Origin: Desulfatiglandales bacterium
GTDB taxonomy: Bacteria > Desulfobacterota > DSM-4660 > Desulfatiglandales > Desulfatiglandaceae
Direction: 5' to 3'
Assembly: GCA_963662465.1 (NCBI GenBank)
Contig: OY759599.1
Span: forward strand, 800,001 to 864,000
Length of the DNA: 64,000 nucleotides
Within the stretch, counting starts at the first letter, position 1. Each line of letters opens with the position of its first letter. Of this stretch, positions 20,257 to 31,370 are shown piece by piece. The notes below the pieces were generated by a model. The model was not told the origin of the DNA and did not search any database. It saw nothing but the letters and a program-made list of their open reading frames with translations. The translations under genes and the position numbers were made by a program.

Positions 20257-21752
20257 AGCGTCTGCCTGAAAAGGCAACGCCGACCGGATATTCAGCCCTG
20301 ATTGGCGCCTATAATTTGTCCGTTCCGTTGCCGAGAACGCTCTTTGCCATCGGTGAACGCCACAAGGTCTACGAGGATGCGGGGTGGCGTATCTTGACGC
20401 CGCGCCATGCGCCAAAGGCGAGCTTGGAAGGCCATCTTGCTTTTGCCTTAAAATACGAGGGACTGGATCTTGCCGTACTCAAACGTCTCTTTATTGCGGT
20501 CGGACCGGATGAAATAGCAGCGATGGTGCGTGCTAAGCCCACGGGCCGTTATACACGACGCATCTGGTTTTTATATGAGTGGCTTACAAACGAACAGCTG
20601 GCCTTGCCCGATGCAGGGAAAGGGGCATATGTACCCGCCGTCGATCCCCGCAAGCAATGGACGATCGAGGGTGAAAAATCCCCGCGTCACCGCGTAAGGA
20701 ACAACCTTCCGGGCACGCCGGCATTCTGTCCCTTGATCTTCCGCACGAAAAGGCTCGATGAATTCATCGAAATGGATCTACCTGCGCGGGCTCGGGCGGT
20801 AGTGGGCAATGTACCCCGGGACCTGTTGGCGCGTGCGGCGGCTTTCCTGCTCCTGAAGGACTCGAAATCGAGTTACGCCATTGAAGGCGAACGGGCGCCC
20901 CAGGACCGCATACAACGATGGGGCCGTGCCATTGGGGAAGCAGGCCGTCAGTCGATCGACCTGGAGGAACTGTTGCGGTTGCAAAAAATTGTTATTGGCG
21001 ATGCCCGCTTTGTGCGGCTTGGGCTTCGGAGGGAAGGGGGATTTGTGGGGGAACATGATCGCCGGACACGCATACCGTTGCCCGACCACATCAGCGGGCG
21101 ATCGGAAGATCTTGCTTCTCTTATCGACGGCTTGGTTGCCTTTGACCGGGGACCTTCGCAAAAACTCGACGCTATCTTCGCTGCCGCGATTTTGGCCTTC
21201 GGTTTCATTTATGTTCATCCTTTTGAGGACGGGAACGGTCGCATTCACCGCTGCCTCATCCATCATGTTCTTACCCAAAGAGGGATAAATCCGCCGGGCG
21301 TGGTGTTCCCGGTATCGGCTGCTATTCTAGAGCGAATCGACGAATACCGTCGTATTCTGGAGAGTTATTCACGGCGGCTTTTGCCGGTGATAAAGTGGAA
21401 GCCTACTGAGAACGGGAACGTCAATGTTTTGAACAATACGGTCGACTTTTACCGTTTTTTTGACGCAACGCCGCATGCAGAATTCCTTTACGCCTGCGTT
21501 CGAAAAACCATAGAGGAAGACCTGCCGCATGAAACAGAATTCATCAGGCGGTATGATGAGTTCAGTGAACGGGTGGGGAACATTGTGGATATGCCCCATC
21601 GCACCGTAGACCTTCTTTTCCGTTTTCTCAGGCAGAACAAGGGTCACTTATCAAAAAGGGCGCGTGAGGGTGAGTTCGCCGAACTCACAGTGCAGGAAAC
21701 GAAACGCATTGAGCGAATTTTCGACGATGTCTTTGTCGATTTTGTGTTGTGA
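20202..21752 (+). CDS. Fic family protein (long form)
   Basis: HPFEDGNGRIHR; SSYAIEGE. Confidence 0.9.
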   Translation: MNSETPHRFSEAVTVFHEKRLPEKATPTGYSALIGAYNLSVPLPRTLFAIGERHKVYEDAGWRILTPRHAPKASLEGHLAFALKYEGLDLAVLKRLFIAVGPDEIAAMVRAKPTGRYTRRIWFLYEWLTNEQLALPDAGKGAYVPAVDPRKQWTIEGEKSPRHRVRNNLPGTPAFCPLIFRTKRLDEFIEMDLPARARAVVGNVPRDLLARAAAFLLLKDSKSSYAIEGERAPQDRIQRWGRAIGEAGRQSIDLEELLRLQKIVIGDARFVRLGLRREGGFVGEHDRRTRIPLPDHISGRSEDLASLIDGLVAFDRGPSQKLDAIFAAAILAFGFIYVHPFEDGNGRIHRCLIHHVLTQRGINPPGVVFPVSAAILERIDEYRRILESYSRRLLPVIKWKPTENGNVNVLNNTVDFYRFFDATPHAEFLYACVRKTIEEDLPHETEFIRRYDEFSERVGNIVDMPHRTVDLLFRFLRQNKGHLSKRAREGEFAELTVQETKRIERIFDDVFVDFVL

Positions 21753-21799
21753 AGCTCATTTTAGATGAAAATACAGTTCGCATTTTTTTGAGGTGAAAA

Positions 21800-22825
21800 A
21801 TGCCCATCCCCGGGAATCTACTGACCACGGCCATGGCCGTTATGCCCCACAAAAATGTGGACCGAGCCCTTGAGCTGGCGCTGTCTCTGGATATCCCTTT
21901 CTGGCCGCAATTGCCCCGATACAACTATTACGAGGACATGTATGTTCAGGCCTCCGAACATTTCCCGGGTATTCTGCTGGATATGGAAAAACAGACCCTT
22001 CGCTTTTCACGGGAAAAGTTCATGGTTGAACTGGAAGCGTGCATGAATCATTTTGATGAGCCCGAATATTTTGACATCAGCGATGTCTATTCGGCGGTTT
22101 ACAAACGATTTCTGGCGCTGGATCTATCCGACAGACCGGCCATTCGAGGCCAGTTGGAAGGCCCCATCAGTTTCGGGTTCAATGTTGCGGATGAAAATGA
22201 TCGGCCGATCCTTTTTGACGATACCGTGCGGCCCTTCATGCTTGAATTTATGGCCAGGCGGGTGAACATACAACTCACCCGCCTCAAAAAGAAAAACCCC
22301 AACGCTTTCATGTTTGTGGATGAACCGGGGCTGCAGTTCCTGTTCAGCGCCATGGCGGGATATGGGGATCAGGCGGCCCGGGGCGATATGGAGACGTTTT
22401 TTTCCATGATTGAAAGGCCTCGCGGTGTCCATCTCTGCGGTAATCCGGACTGGGATTTTCTGTTGGCCCAGGACCTCGATATCCTTTCTCTGGATGTGTA
22501 TTCCAATGGTGAAGTTTTTGCTGCCTATGCCCCGGGCATCAAAAGATTCCTGGATCGAGGCGGTGTCCTGGTATGGGGAATTGTTCCCACCAATTTTGAA
22601 CCTTTTGAGAAAGAAAACCTGGATTCCCTTGAAGACCGTTTGGAGACCCTCTGGTTGGCGCTTTCCAGAAAAGGGATTGACAGGGAGTTTTTATTTTCCC
22701 GAAGTCTGCTTTCGCCCGCCACCTGTTGCCTGGTGAACCCGGACGGGGAAAAAACCGTTGAAGCGGCTTTTCAGACCATCAGCACGCTATCTAAAAGGCT
22801 CAGGGAGAAATATGGGCTTCCCTAA
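21800..22825 (+). CDS. Core (folate-independent, MetE C-domain-like) methionine synthase family protein
   Basis: PFWPQLP, GQLEGPIS, FVDEP, Zn ligands GVHLCG and SPATCC, WGIVPT. Confidence 0.7.
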   Translation: MPIPGNLLTTAMAVMPHKNVDRALELALSLDIPFWPQLPRYNYYEDMYVQASEHFPGILLDMEKQTLRFSREKFMVELEACMNHFDEPEYFDISDVYSAVYKRFLALDLSDRPAIRGQLEGPISFGFNVADENDRPILFDDTVRPFMLEFMARRVNIQLTRLKKKNPNAFMFVDEPGLQFLFSAMAGYGDQAARGDMETFFSMIERPRGVHLCGNPDWDFLLAQDLDILSLDVYSNGEVFAAYAPGIKRFLDRGGVLVWGIVPTNFEPFEKENLDSLEDRLETLWLALSRKGIDREFLFSRSLLSPATCCLVNPDGEKTVEAAFQTISTLSKRLREKYGLP

Positions 22826-22849
22826 AACCAACATGAAAGGACGATTGTT

Positions 22850-23389
22850 ATGCCTGATATCAACCAAAAAGCAGTGGACCGAAAAGTGCTTCTGTCCGAT
22901 GGAACCGAAAAACGACTGAGCCAATTCTGGAAAAAAGAAACATTGGTTCTGGTATTTCTTCGCCATTTCGGCTGACCCTTCTGCCGAAAGCAGGTGGCGC
23001 AGTTGCGCGACAAAGCGGACGATTTTACGAAAGCCAAAGTCCGGGTGCTTCTGGTGGGGATGGGGTCCCCAAAGGGATCGAAAGAATTTCTGAAACGCTT
23101 TGAGGTTCCTTTTTCCATGGTCTGTGATCCGGACCGAAAACTTTATGATGATTATGGTCTCAAACGAATGGGGGTCCTGGATTTTCTCTCACCATCCCTG
23201 GCGTTAAAAAGCCTGTCGGTCGTGGCTCAGGGTAATCTGGTGGGGGTGCCCGAAGGGGATGTGAAACAACTGGCGGGCGTGTTTATTATCAATGTCTCGG
23301 GCGTTGTTCGGTTTCGTCATCTTTCAGCGGATCCGGCGGACTTTCCACCGGCTGAAGATGTGCTGGCGGCGCTTGAATCTATTTCATAA
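22850..23389 (+). CDS. Peroxiredoxin-like (AhpC/TSA-2 type) selenoprotein with UxxC motif
   Basis: ATG at 22850 after AAGGA; in-frame TGA at 22973 in VFLRHFG-U-PFC; the frame continues into ORF 22994-23389; SECIS-like hairpin downstream. Confidence 0.85.
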
Positions 23390-23416
23390 CAGGCTCTGAG
23401 GAAAGGGGAGGGAAGC

Positions 23417-25657
23417 ATGAGTGAATGGCAGAAAACAAGCTGTGTGTTGTGCGCCCAGAATTGCGGTTTACGGGTCAAGGTGGAAAACAATCGCATCATC
23501 AAAGTAAAACCGGACCGGGACAACCCCAGGAGTCAGGGGTACGTCTGCCGCAAGGGCCTTAATGTAATCTATCACCAATACCCGAAAGGTCGCCTGACCG
23601 AACCCCTCAAACGGGTTGGCGATTCCTTTGAGCCCATCCCCTGGGGACAGGCCCTGGGGGAGATTTCGGATAAGATTGGAGAAGTGGTCAAAGCGCACGG
23701 CCCCCGCGGCCTGGCATACATGGGCGGCAGCGCTCAGGGAGGTCATTTTGAAGCGGCATTCGGGCTGAGTCTTCTCAGAGCGATGGGTTCCCAGTACTAT
23801 TACTCATCCGCCGGACAGGAATTCAGTGGTTCATGGTGGGTATTCGGGCGCATGCTGGGAAAGCAGTACAATGTACTCATGCCCGATGAACACGCGGCCG
23901 AAATGCTGGTGGGGTGGGGCTGGAACGGCATAATGAGTCACCAGATGCCCCGGGCCCGCAAGGTGCTGACGGATTTCAGCAAAGACCCCGACCGCCTCCT
24001 GGTGGTGGTGGACCCCCGAAAAAGCGAAACCGCGGCCATTGCCGACATTCACCTTGCGGTTCGTCCCGGCGCCGATGCCCTTCTGGTCAAGGCCATGATT
24101 GCGCTTATTCTCGATGAAGGATGGGAAAACAAGGATTATATCCGCAACAACGTGGCGGGTTGGGAACAGGTGGCGCCGTGGTTTGAGGGCTTTGATGTCA
24201 AAGCCGCCCTTGGGGTTTGCGGGCTGGACTATGATCAGGTGCGACACCTGTGCCGGCTTATGACCACCCGGCGATGGTGCTTTCACTCGGATCTGGGCAT
24301 CTATATGGGTCGGAACAGCACCCTTAACTCTTATTTTCTGAATATTCTGGGGGCGGTCTGCGGCATTTTATGCGTGCCCGGGGGCAACGTCATCCCCGGC
24401 ATGGTTATGCCCATGGGATTTCATGCGGATGAACGAAATCCCGATATTTGGCGTACGGTTGCCACAAACATGCCGCCCGCGGCGGCCGGTTCCTTTCCCC
24501 CTAACGTCATGCCTGAGGAGATCTTAAACGACCATCCCGACCGATTGCGGGCGGTGATGGTGAGCGCCTGCAATCCCCTTCGGTCCTATGCAGACACTCA
24601 GGCCTTTGAAGCGGCGTTTAAAAAGTTGGATCTGCTGGTGGTCAATGACATTGTGATGAGTGAAACGGCGCAACTGGCCCATTACGTGTTGCCCTGTCGC
24701 ACTTACTACGAATCCTGGGACGGCACGTTCTTTCCCTGGACCTACCCCAAGGTGTTCTTTCAGATGCGGGGACCCGTGGTGGAATCCGAAGGTCAGTGCC
24801 TGGAGGCGAGTCAGATTTTTACCATTCTGGCTGACAGGCTGGGATTGATCCCCGAGATTCCCGGAGACCTGTTCCATGCCGCGGGCGGCGACCGAATGGC
24901 TTTCGCGGCAAAACTGATGAAATGGGCTGTATCGGAACCCCGCGCCATGAAAATCATGCCCTTTGTGCTGGCCAAAACCCTGGGCCGGGTGTGGGGGAGC
25001 GCCGCCCTGTCGGCCCTGTGGGGCATTTTGATGATGGGGCCTGAATCGCTTCGGAAAAATGCGGCGAGGGCCGGGTTTGAGCCGGGAATGGACCAGGGGG
25101 AGCGTATTTTTCAGGCCCTGATGGATAATCCCCAGGGCGTGTGGGTGGGGGAGGTCGATCCGGACGATAATATGGCGGCCGTCAAAACCCCTTCAGGGAA
25201 GATTGAGGTCTACATCCCTGAATTGGCGGATCAGGCTCAGAAAATCGATGCCGCGAGCGAAGCCCTGGGGCTTCGAATGTTCGACGAATTCCCCATGATT
25301 CTGAATGCCGGAAGGCATATGGACACGAATGCCAACACCCTCATGCGAAATTCGGAATGGAATCGGGGAAAGCGGGCCTGCACCGTGGCGGTGAGTCCGA
25401 ATGACGCTGCGGCCCTTGAGCTGATGGATGGGGATTTGGTGCAAGTGGTTACCGAAGCCGGCAAAGCGGTGGGGGAGCTTCAGGTTTCCGGTCAAGTGCG
25501 TGAGGGCACGGTATTGATTCCCCATGGATTCGGGCTGACCTATGACGGAGAGGTGTATGGTATTAACGTCAACCAGTTGACCCGAAGTACCCACAGGGAT
25601 CCTTTGGGCACGCCGTTGCATCGGTACGTGCCTTGCCGACTGGAGAAGGTTGATTGA
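23417..25657 (+). CDS. Molybdopterin-dependent oxidoreductase catalytic subunit (cytoplasmic)
   Basis: CxxCxxxC...C Fe-S motif, VDPRKSETA, C-terminal molybdopterin dinucleotide-binding domain; no Tat signal. Confidence 0.88.
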   Translation: MSEWQKTSCVLCAQNCGLRVKVENNRIIKVKPDRDNPRSQGYVCRKGLNVIYHQYPKGRLTEPLKRVGDSFEPIPWGQALGEISDKIGEVVKAHGPRGLAYMGGSAQGGHFEAAFGLSLLRAMGSQYYYSSAGQEFSGSWWVFGRMLGKQYNVLMPDEHAAEMLVGWGWNGIMSHQMPRARKVLTDFSKDPDRLLVVVDPRKSETAAIADIHLAVRPGADALLVKAMIALILDEGWENKDYIRNNVAGWEQVAPWFEGFDVKAALGVCGLDYDQVRHLCRLMTTRRWCFHSDLGIYMGRNSTLNSYFLNILGAVCGILCVPGGNVIPGMVMPMGFHADERNPDIWRTVATNMPPAAAGSFPPNVMPEEILNDHPDRLRAVMVSACNPLRSYADTQAFEAAFKKLDLLVVNDIVMSETAQLAHYVLPCRTYYESWDGTFFPWTYPKVFFQMRGPVVESEGQCLEASQIFTILADRLGLIPEIPGDLFHAAGGDRMAFAAKLMKWAVSEPRAMKIMPFVLAKTLGRVWGSAALSALWGILMMGPESLRKNAARAGFEPGMDQGERIFQALMDNPQGVWVGEVDPDDNMAAVKTPSGKIEVYIPELADQAQKIDAASEALGLRMFDEFPMILNAGRHMDTNANTLMRNSEWNRGKRACTVAVSPNDAAALELMDGDLVQVVTEAGKAVGELQVSGQVREGTVLIPHGFGLTYDGEVYGINVNQLTRSTHRDPLGTPLHRYVPCRLEKVD

Positions 25658-25679
25658 GGGTTGGCCAAAAAAAGGGTCT

Positions 25680-27290
25680 AAGAAGACTCAGGAATTTTTG
25701 GAGTGAAATCCATTTGCCGGCAAGGGCAGAATCGTAACGGGAAAGAGCTTCATCGGCAGATTTGAGGGTCTGAGAACTGTTGCGAATACGGTTACGGATT
25801 TGCCCATGCCGAATAATCTGGCCATTATCGGCTATCCGTGAATCGGCAAGAGCAGTTTGGTCAAGCAGGCTATCATGGAAAAAAAGGAATGCCTGCTGGA
25901 AAAGAACAAACTTGCCATTTGGGTGGATTTCTCTGCTTTCTCCAGCCGCGAAGCCTTTTTCAAGGGTTTGGTCCGCTATTCCTTCGAGAATCTAAAACGG
26001 GCCGGGAAAACCATTGATCATGAACTGCTGGAAAAGGCATCAGCGGTGTTGGCGTTCCAAAAGGCATGGGACGACATGAAGTATGATATGGAGATTTACT
26101 TCGAAACACTCCGCGCCAAAGGGTATTATACGATTTTTGTTCTGGATGAGTTCGATGAAGCAAGGACCAAATTCAGGGATAATGCAGAGGCGTTTAGAGA
26201 AATGAGGCATCTTGGGTATGATTCCCGGCAATACGGCATCGCCTTTGTGACCACTTCGCGCCGAAGCATAAGGGACATCGAAATACAAAGCAAGGTCAGT
26301 TCAACCCTCGACGGCATTTTTGGAAAAGAATATCTGACCATGTATGACGACACTGACCTTTGTCAATACTATGGGCTTTACGAGGACGTTGGGCTGCACT
26401 TAACCGATATTCAGAAACATCGAATTGAATACTATTGCGGTGGCCATCCGTACTTGTTGGCGTCATTGGGGTTTCAAGTTGTCGAGAGGTTTAAGGAAGT
26501 TGGAGAGATAAACATTGATGCGGTTTTCCGGAGAACCCAGTTGCAGTTTTCGGACTATTATGAACTCCTCATCTCGCTTTTGAGGGAAGACAGGACCTTT
26601 GCAAATCTCCTGTAAATTCTTTTTGGACCCAAAATTGATGTGAGGCCGGCTGATATTGAAGAGCTTCTCACTTATGGGCTTATCAAGAAGGGAGAAAGGT
26701 ATTTTATCGCCTTTTCGGAACATTTCCAAAACTATCTACGGTACAAAGAAAAAGAGGAAAGCATCCGGATAGATACATGGAAGCGGCTTAGTGATGCCGA
26801 AACGGGATTGCGACAGCCTATTTTGAATGTGTTCAAAGAGAAATTCGGCGATGCATGGGAAGAAAACTATCTCAACAGAAAGGCGCTTACCAAAGGGATA
26901 TTGACCAATACGGCCAATACAATAAGTATTATATGCCAATACAATAACGCGCCTGACAAGAAGAAGCGGTTGAATGAAGTCTTTCAACAGCTCAAAGGCG
27001 CTTACCAAAGGGATATTGACCAATACGGAAGCCTGGCTCTCAATTTAACTTTGATCGACCAAAGCTATATCCATCAATTATTTGATTATTTTATTCTTTT
27101 CTCATGGGATGATCTGTTTCGGGAAATCTTTCAAAAGGAAAAGAGGTACTGGAAAGATGCCAAACAATGCCTTGAAAGGATAAGAAATCCCATGGCCCAT
27201 CAGAAAATTCAGGTGCTGCTGCAGTCCGAAATAAAAAGGGCCTAGGAATACTGTGACGAGATTATAGAAATTACAAGAGCCTACTGATCC
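25680..27290 (+). pseudogene. P-loop ATPase fused to a C-terminal HEPN-like (Swt1-type) domain; four in-frame stops
   Basis: NPF..GRIV.G..FIGR start, Walker A GYP*IGKSS, Walker B VLDEFD, GGHPYL, RNPMAH (Rx4H). Stops at 25704, 25839, 26613 and 27243 are all in one frame. Confidence 0.75.
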
Positions 27291-27322
27291 AAGTCGTTTC
27301 CGGAGGCGATGGCATCTGCATC

Positions 27323-27348
27323 AGGGCAGGCACAGGGGCCTGCCCTAC
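27323..27348 (-). repeat. GTAG-type REP-like palindrome
   Basis: Reverse complement GTAGGGCAGGCCCCTGTGCCTGCCCT forms a hairpin. Confidence 0.65.
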
Positions 27349-27409
27349 AATGACAATGCTGACATAACGAGGTGAATTCAACACCCGTGAACGGTTACGA
27401 ATTTTATGG

Positions 27410-27958
27410 TCATTTCGCAGATGCCTCGGTTCTTTGAGCTTTTGCCGACAGTTTCTCCTCCGCCCAATCCCGAATCTCTTCCAAGCTTTCAGCCTCAAAA
27501 AACCTCTCTCCCAATTCTTCAAGCTGCTCTGTTGTCAAATCGGCATAAAAGTCGATGAAGTCTGCATATTTTCGCTGCTTTTCCGGACTTGTCTCAAGCC
27601 GGGCCATGCCGGTTTGCGCCGCCAGATACATCTCAAGACGATCCTCCGGCGGATAGGCCATATTGGGAAGATTCAACCGCGCAACAATGTTGTCGCTGTC
27701 ATAATATCGGGCCGATAGCAAGCCTTTGAGTTTGCACATCAAATATCGAAATTCCAAATAGGCCCATGAATTGCCGCCCAATCGCAGATAGGTCCGATGG
27801 TCTCCTGTTCTCAAAAAGATCACAACCGGAATCACACGGTCCGTTCCCATCAATTCCGCTAGATCCAAACAATAGCGGGCTAAACGGTATATCGAAAACT
27901 CGCTGGTTTTGGTCTCTTCTTCCACCACAAACAGAATGGCTTCTCTCCTGCCATCCGA
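27410..27958 (-). pseudogene. Rpn/DUF4351-like PD-(D/E)XK protein, 5'-truncated and probably internally deleted
   Basis: DGRREAILFVVEEET..FSIYRLARYCLDL...NIVARLNLPNM; EQLEELGERFF tail; cut at the junction with the VWA copy. Confidence 0.65.
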
Positions 27959-29378
27959 TGCGGCCGGTTCCGAAGAGGCCCTTTACCGGGAGTTTGCAGC
28001 ACAGGGTGTGCCTTCCGAATTACAGGTTTTCAGCACAGCGGGTGCGGGCCATAACGACCTGATTTTGGAACCTGCCAAGAAGCGTTATTTTGGCGGGCGC
28101 CCGGACTGGCAGAAACTTTTCAGCAGGGGTCTCGGCATGGCGGTTTCACAGGTGATCAGCGATGCCGCAAATGTTTATGACGATGATCAGGGGGATGAAA
28201 AAGAATTGACCATCGCCCAGAAGGCGAGAAGATGGTTTATTTCCAGCTATCCGCTTCTGGGGTCGCTGTCCGCTGATTTCAGGCTTATTGAAGACCCGGT
28301 TCTGTGCGTCCGCATGAGGGTGAGCGTGGCCGCCGTGAACGCGGAATTAAAGGAAATCTATGTCAATCCCGCGGCTGCTTTGGATGAGGCCCAATGCCGA
28401 TTTGTCCTGGCCCATGAACTGTTGCACGTGGTGTTGAATCATCACTCACGAAGTCAGGGGCGGGATTTCTTTTTGTGGAATGTGGCCTGCGATTTCGTCA
28501 TCAACGGGTGGCTTGTGGAAATGAACGCGGGCGACATGCCGGATCGCGGCACCTTGTATGACCTTGAACTGAAGGGGCTTTCCGCTGAAGCGGTGTATGA
28601 CCGCATGGCGACGGACATGAGGCTGTTTCGAAAACTGACCACCCTGCGGGGGGTGGGCCTTGGGGATATGCTGGAAGGGGCGGGTTCCGAGTGGTGGCGG
28701 CGCGGGGATGGTATGACCCTGGATGAATTTTACCGCCGGTGTTTGGGGCAGGGACTGGTCTATCATCAGACCCACGAACGGGGATATCTGCCGGCGGGCC
28801 TGGTTGAAGAAATTCGGGCCTTAAGCCAACCGCCCATCCCCTGGGATGTGGAACTGGCCCGCTGGTTTGATGTGCATTTTCTCCCCGTGGAAAAGGTGCG
28901 CTCCTATGCCAGGCAAAGCAGACGACAGTCCTCGACGCCGGATATTCCCAGACCCCGCTGGACGCCCATTCACGGGGCCATGGAGGGAAGAACATTCGGC
29001 GTTATTCTGGATACCTCCGGTTCCATGGATCGAAACCTTCTGGCCAAAGCTCTAGGCGCCATTTCCGGATACAGCATATCCAGAGATGTCCCCCGGGTTC
29101 GGGTGGTTTTTTGTGATGCCGTGGCCTATGATCAGGGGTATATGGCGCCCGAAGATATTGCCGAAAGCGTAAAGATCAGAGGCAGAGGCGGAACCGTGCT
29201 TCAACCGGCCGTCACCCTGCTTGAAAACGCGGCGGATTTCCCAAAGGACGGCCCCATCCTGATCATTACCGACGGATATTGCGATCCCCTTCGAATCAGA
29301 AGAGAGCACGCATTCGTGATTCCCAGGGGCAGGCGCCTGCCCTTTGCTCCCAGGGGGGAAGTGTTTTATATGGATTGA
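27959..29378 (+). pseudogene. 5'-truncated near-identical copy of the metallopeptidase-VWA gene at 60989-62794
   Basis: Sequence from 27959 aligns to 61375 onward through the stop codon, with scattered substitutions. Confidence 0.9.
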
Positions 29379-29856
29379 GGGGGGGGCTTCCTGTCGTCAT
29401 ATGACCAGGCTCTTAACGCTTTTGTTGTTGATACGGTGATCCCTGAGAAACATGACTTTTTCATAATACGGTTTTCCATCTCTGAAATATTTCAACATTC
29501 TCAATGGGGTGAAGGCGCTCTTCTTATTCCCCATTGGGGTGGATGGAACGGACGCCCGGAGTTCGTCCCCAATACTCATTTTCATTTGATCCGCACTCCC
29601 ACGGCAAGGCGGAAGCATGTAACCCTACCGTGCGTAGAATTCGGCTGAATCGTCCCGCAACCAACCTTCCGCCTGTTCTGCGAGCTGTTTACGATATGCT
29701 GAGTTAATTGCAGATTGACGCTTTTTGTGGCAAGCGAGACTCTATTTGCCGAAAAACTTCATCCGTTGTGAAGGCTCTTTGGGGTAACGGATGTGTCCGA
29801 CACTTCAAAACCGCCCACATGATCCATCCAGAAGTTCAGGGATGCTCTCCATGCTG

Positions 29857-30130
29857 TTATCCACCCCCTTCCTTGAACGTGTCCGAGTTCAGGAAACAGA
29901 TGCGCTCAAACCCCAGGGAGGCCACCACGAAGGTCTTGAGTTTCAGGTCCCGGTATTTTCGGGCCAGCCGGTCCCCGTAATCTATGGCCTGAGCTTTGCC
30001 GTCTTTCAGGGCCTTGGCAACTGCGGGAAAGGTATAAAGTTCGTCTAAAGCCATTGCCCGAATAACCTCCCCCGTGAGACCCAGGGCCTTGAGGGTCAGG
30101 AATTTGAATTCGATGAGTACGTCGAAAACG
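29857..30130 (-). pseudogene. C-terminal fragment of an AAA-ATPase-like/PD-(D/E)XK protein
   Basis: Manual translation FDVLIEFKFLTLKALGL...LKLKTFVVASLGFER; no 5' part. Confidence 0.6.
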
Positions 30131-31209
30131 GATATCTACAGAAAACGGCCATCGATCCGGCCAAGTTCGGCCTGCTGATAGGACTGTTTTCGGCGGTTTC
30201 CCTGGTTTTCAGACCTCTGGTCAGCCCCTTTTTTAACGCCGGCAATGCCAGGCCGTTCGTTTTTTTGGGAGTTTTTCTGGTGGTCGGCGCCTTGGCCTCG
30301 TACAGCCTGGCCCGGGGCTTCTGGAGCCTGGTCCTCATCAGGTCGTTTCACGGCCTGGCCTTCGTGGTCCTGGGCGCCGCCCTGACGGCGATCCTGGTCG
30401 GGCACATCCCCCAGGAACGCAGCAGTCAGGCTTTCGGGTACGTCGGCATCATTACGATATTGCCCACCACCGTCATTCCGTCGCTTTTCCCCTTATTGAT
30501 CGAGACGTTTGGCGGGTTTAACCAGATACTTCTTTTTTTCGCCGGGGTGACGATCCTGGTCTTTCCGATGGTTTTATTCGTCAAACCGAAGGTGGAAGGT
30601 TTGAAGGCACAGGCGGGTACGGGTCGTCTGAGTCGCCGGGAAATAATTGAGGACCTGACCGATGGGCGCGTCCTGGCGGTCCTGGCTTCCATGCTGATGC
30701 TCTATTGCGGCAACGCCCTGGTATTTTTTTTCGTGGCCGGTTACGCGACAAGCCTGGGAGTCTCGGGTGTGGGAATTTTTTTCACCCTTTCCACGGCGGC
30801 GGAGCTGGGGGTTCGGGTTGTGGTCGGGTCGCATTTCGACCGAATGAACAAACCCCGCTTGATTTGCCTGACCATGCTTTTCCTGGCTCTCTCGTACGCA
30901 ATTCTGGCCTGCGGTTGGGGCGCCCTCCTGTTTTTCGCCTTGATGGGACTGTTAATCGGGCTGGGTTGGGGCGTCGCCCTGCCGGTTTTCAACGGCTTGC
31001 TGTTCGATCTTTCGTCGCCGAAATATAAAGCTTTCAACACCAATCTGGGGTTCCAGATGTACCAGGCCGGATATTTTATCGGACCGTTTATCGGAGGGTA
31101 TGTGGTCGCCCGGTGGGAATTTTCGGTTCTTTTTTGTATTTGCGCGGGGCTGAGCGTACTGGGCGCGGCCATGATACTCATGCGGCATAGCCGCGGTTTT
31201 AAGTTTTAA
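30128..31209 (+). pseudogene. MFS transporter, probably 5'-truncated
   Basis: Multiple TM helices. The frame is open upstream of 30265 (YLQKTAIDPAKFGLLIGLFS...FRPL) but the first helix and start are missing at the junction. Confidence 0.7.
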
Positions 31210-31228
31210 GTTTTAGGTTTTAAGTTTT
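31196..31228. repeat. Heptamer tandem repeat (GTTTTAA)x4+
   Basis: gttttaa gttttaa gttttag gttttaa gtttt at the MFS 3' end. Confidence 0.75.
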
Positions 31229-31370
31229 TATACCAATGAATTCAGTCTGTTATATTGATCATCTTGTTTTTTAGAAGCATTTAATCTGTAAGTCGCTAAT
31301 GGTCGGGATTGGGCGCAAACCAAGCTTGTTTAATTCGCGAAATTAACTCGTGGGATGAAAGGAAAATATA

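Noticed and set aside
27909..29378. 489-aa ORF as an independent intact gene
   Set aside because: Its first ~17 codons are the antisense of the Rpn-like relic; there is no RBS or partner ATPase, so it is a chance open frame over a junction.
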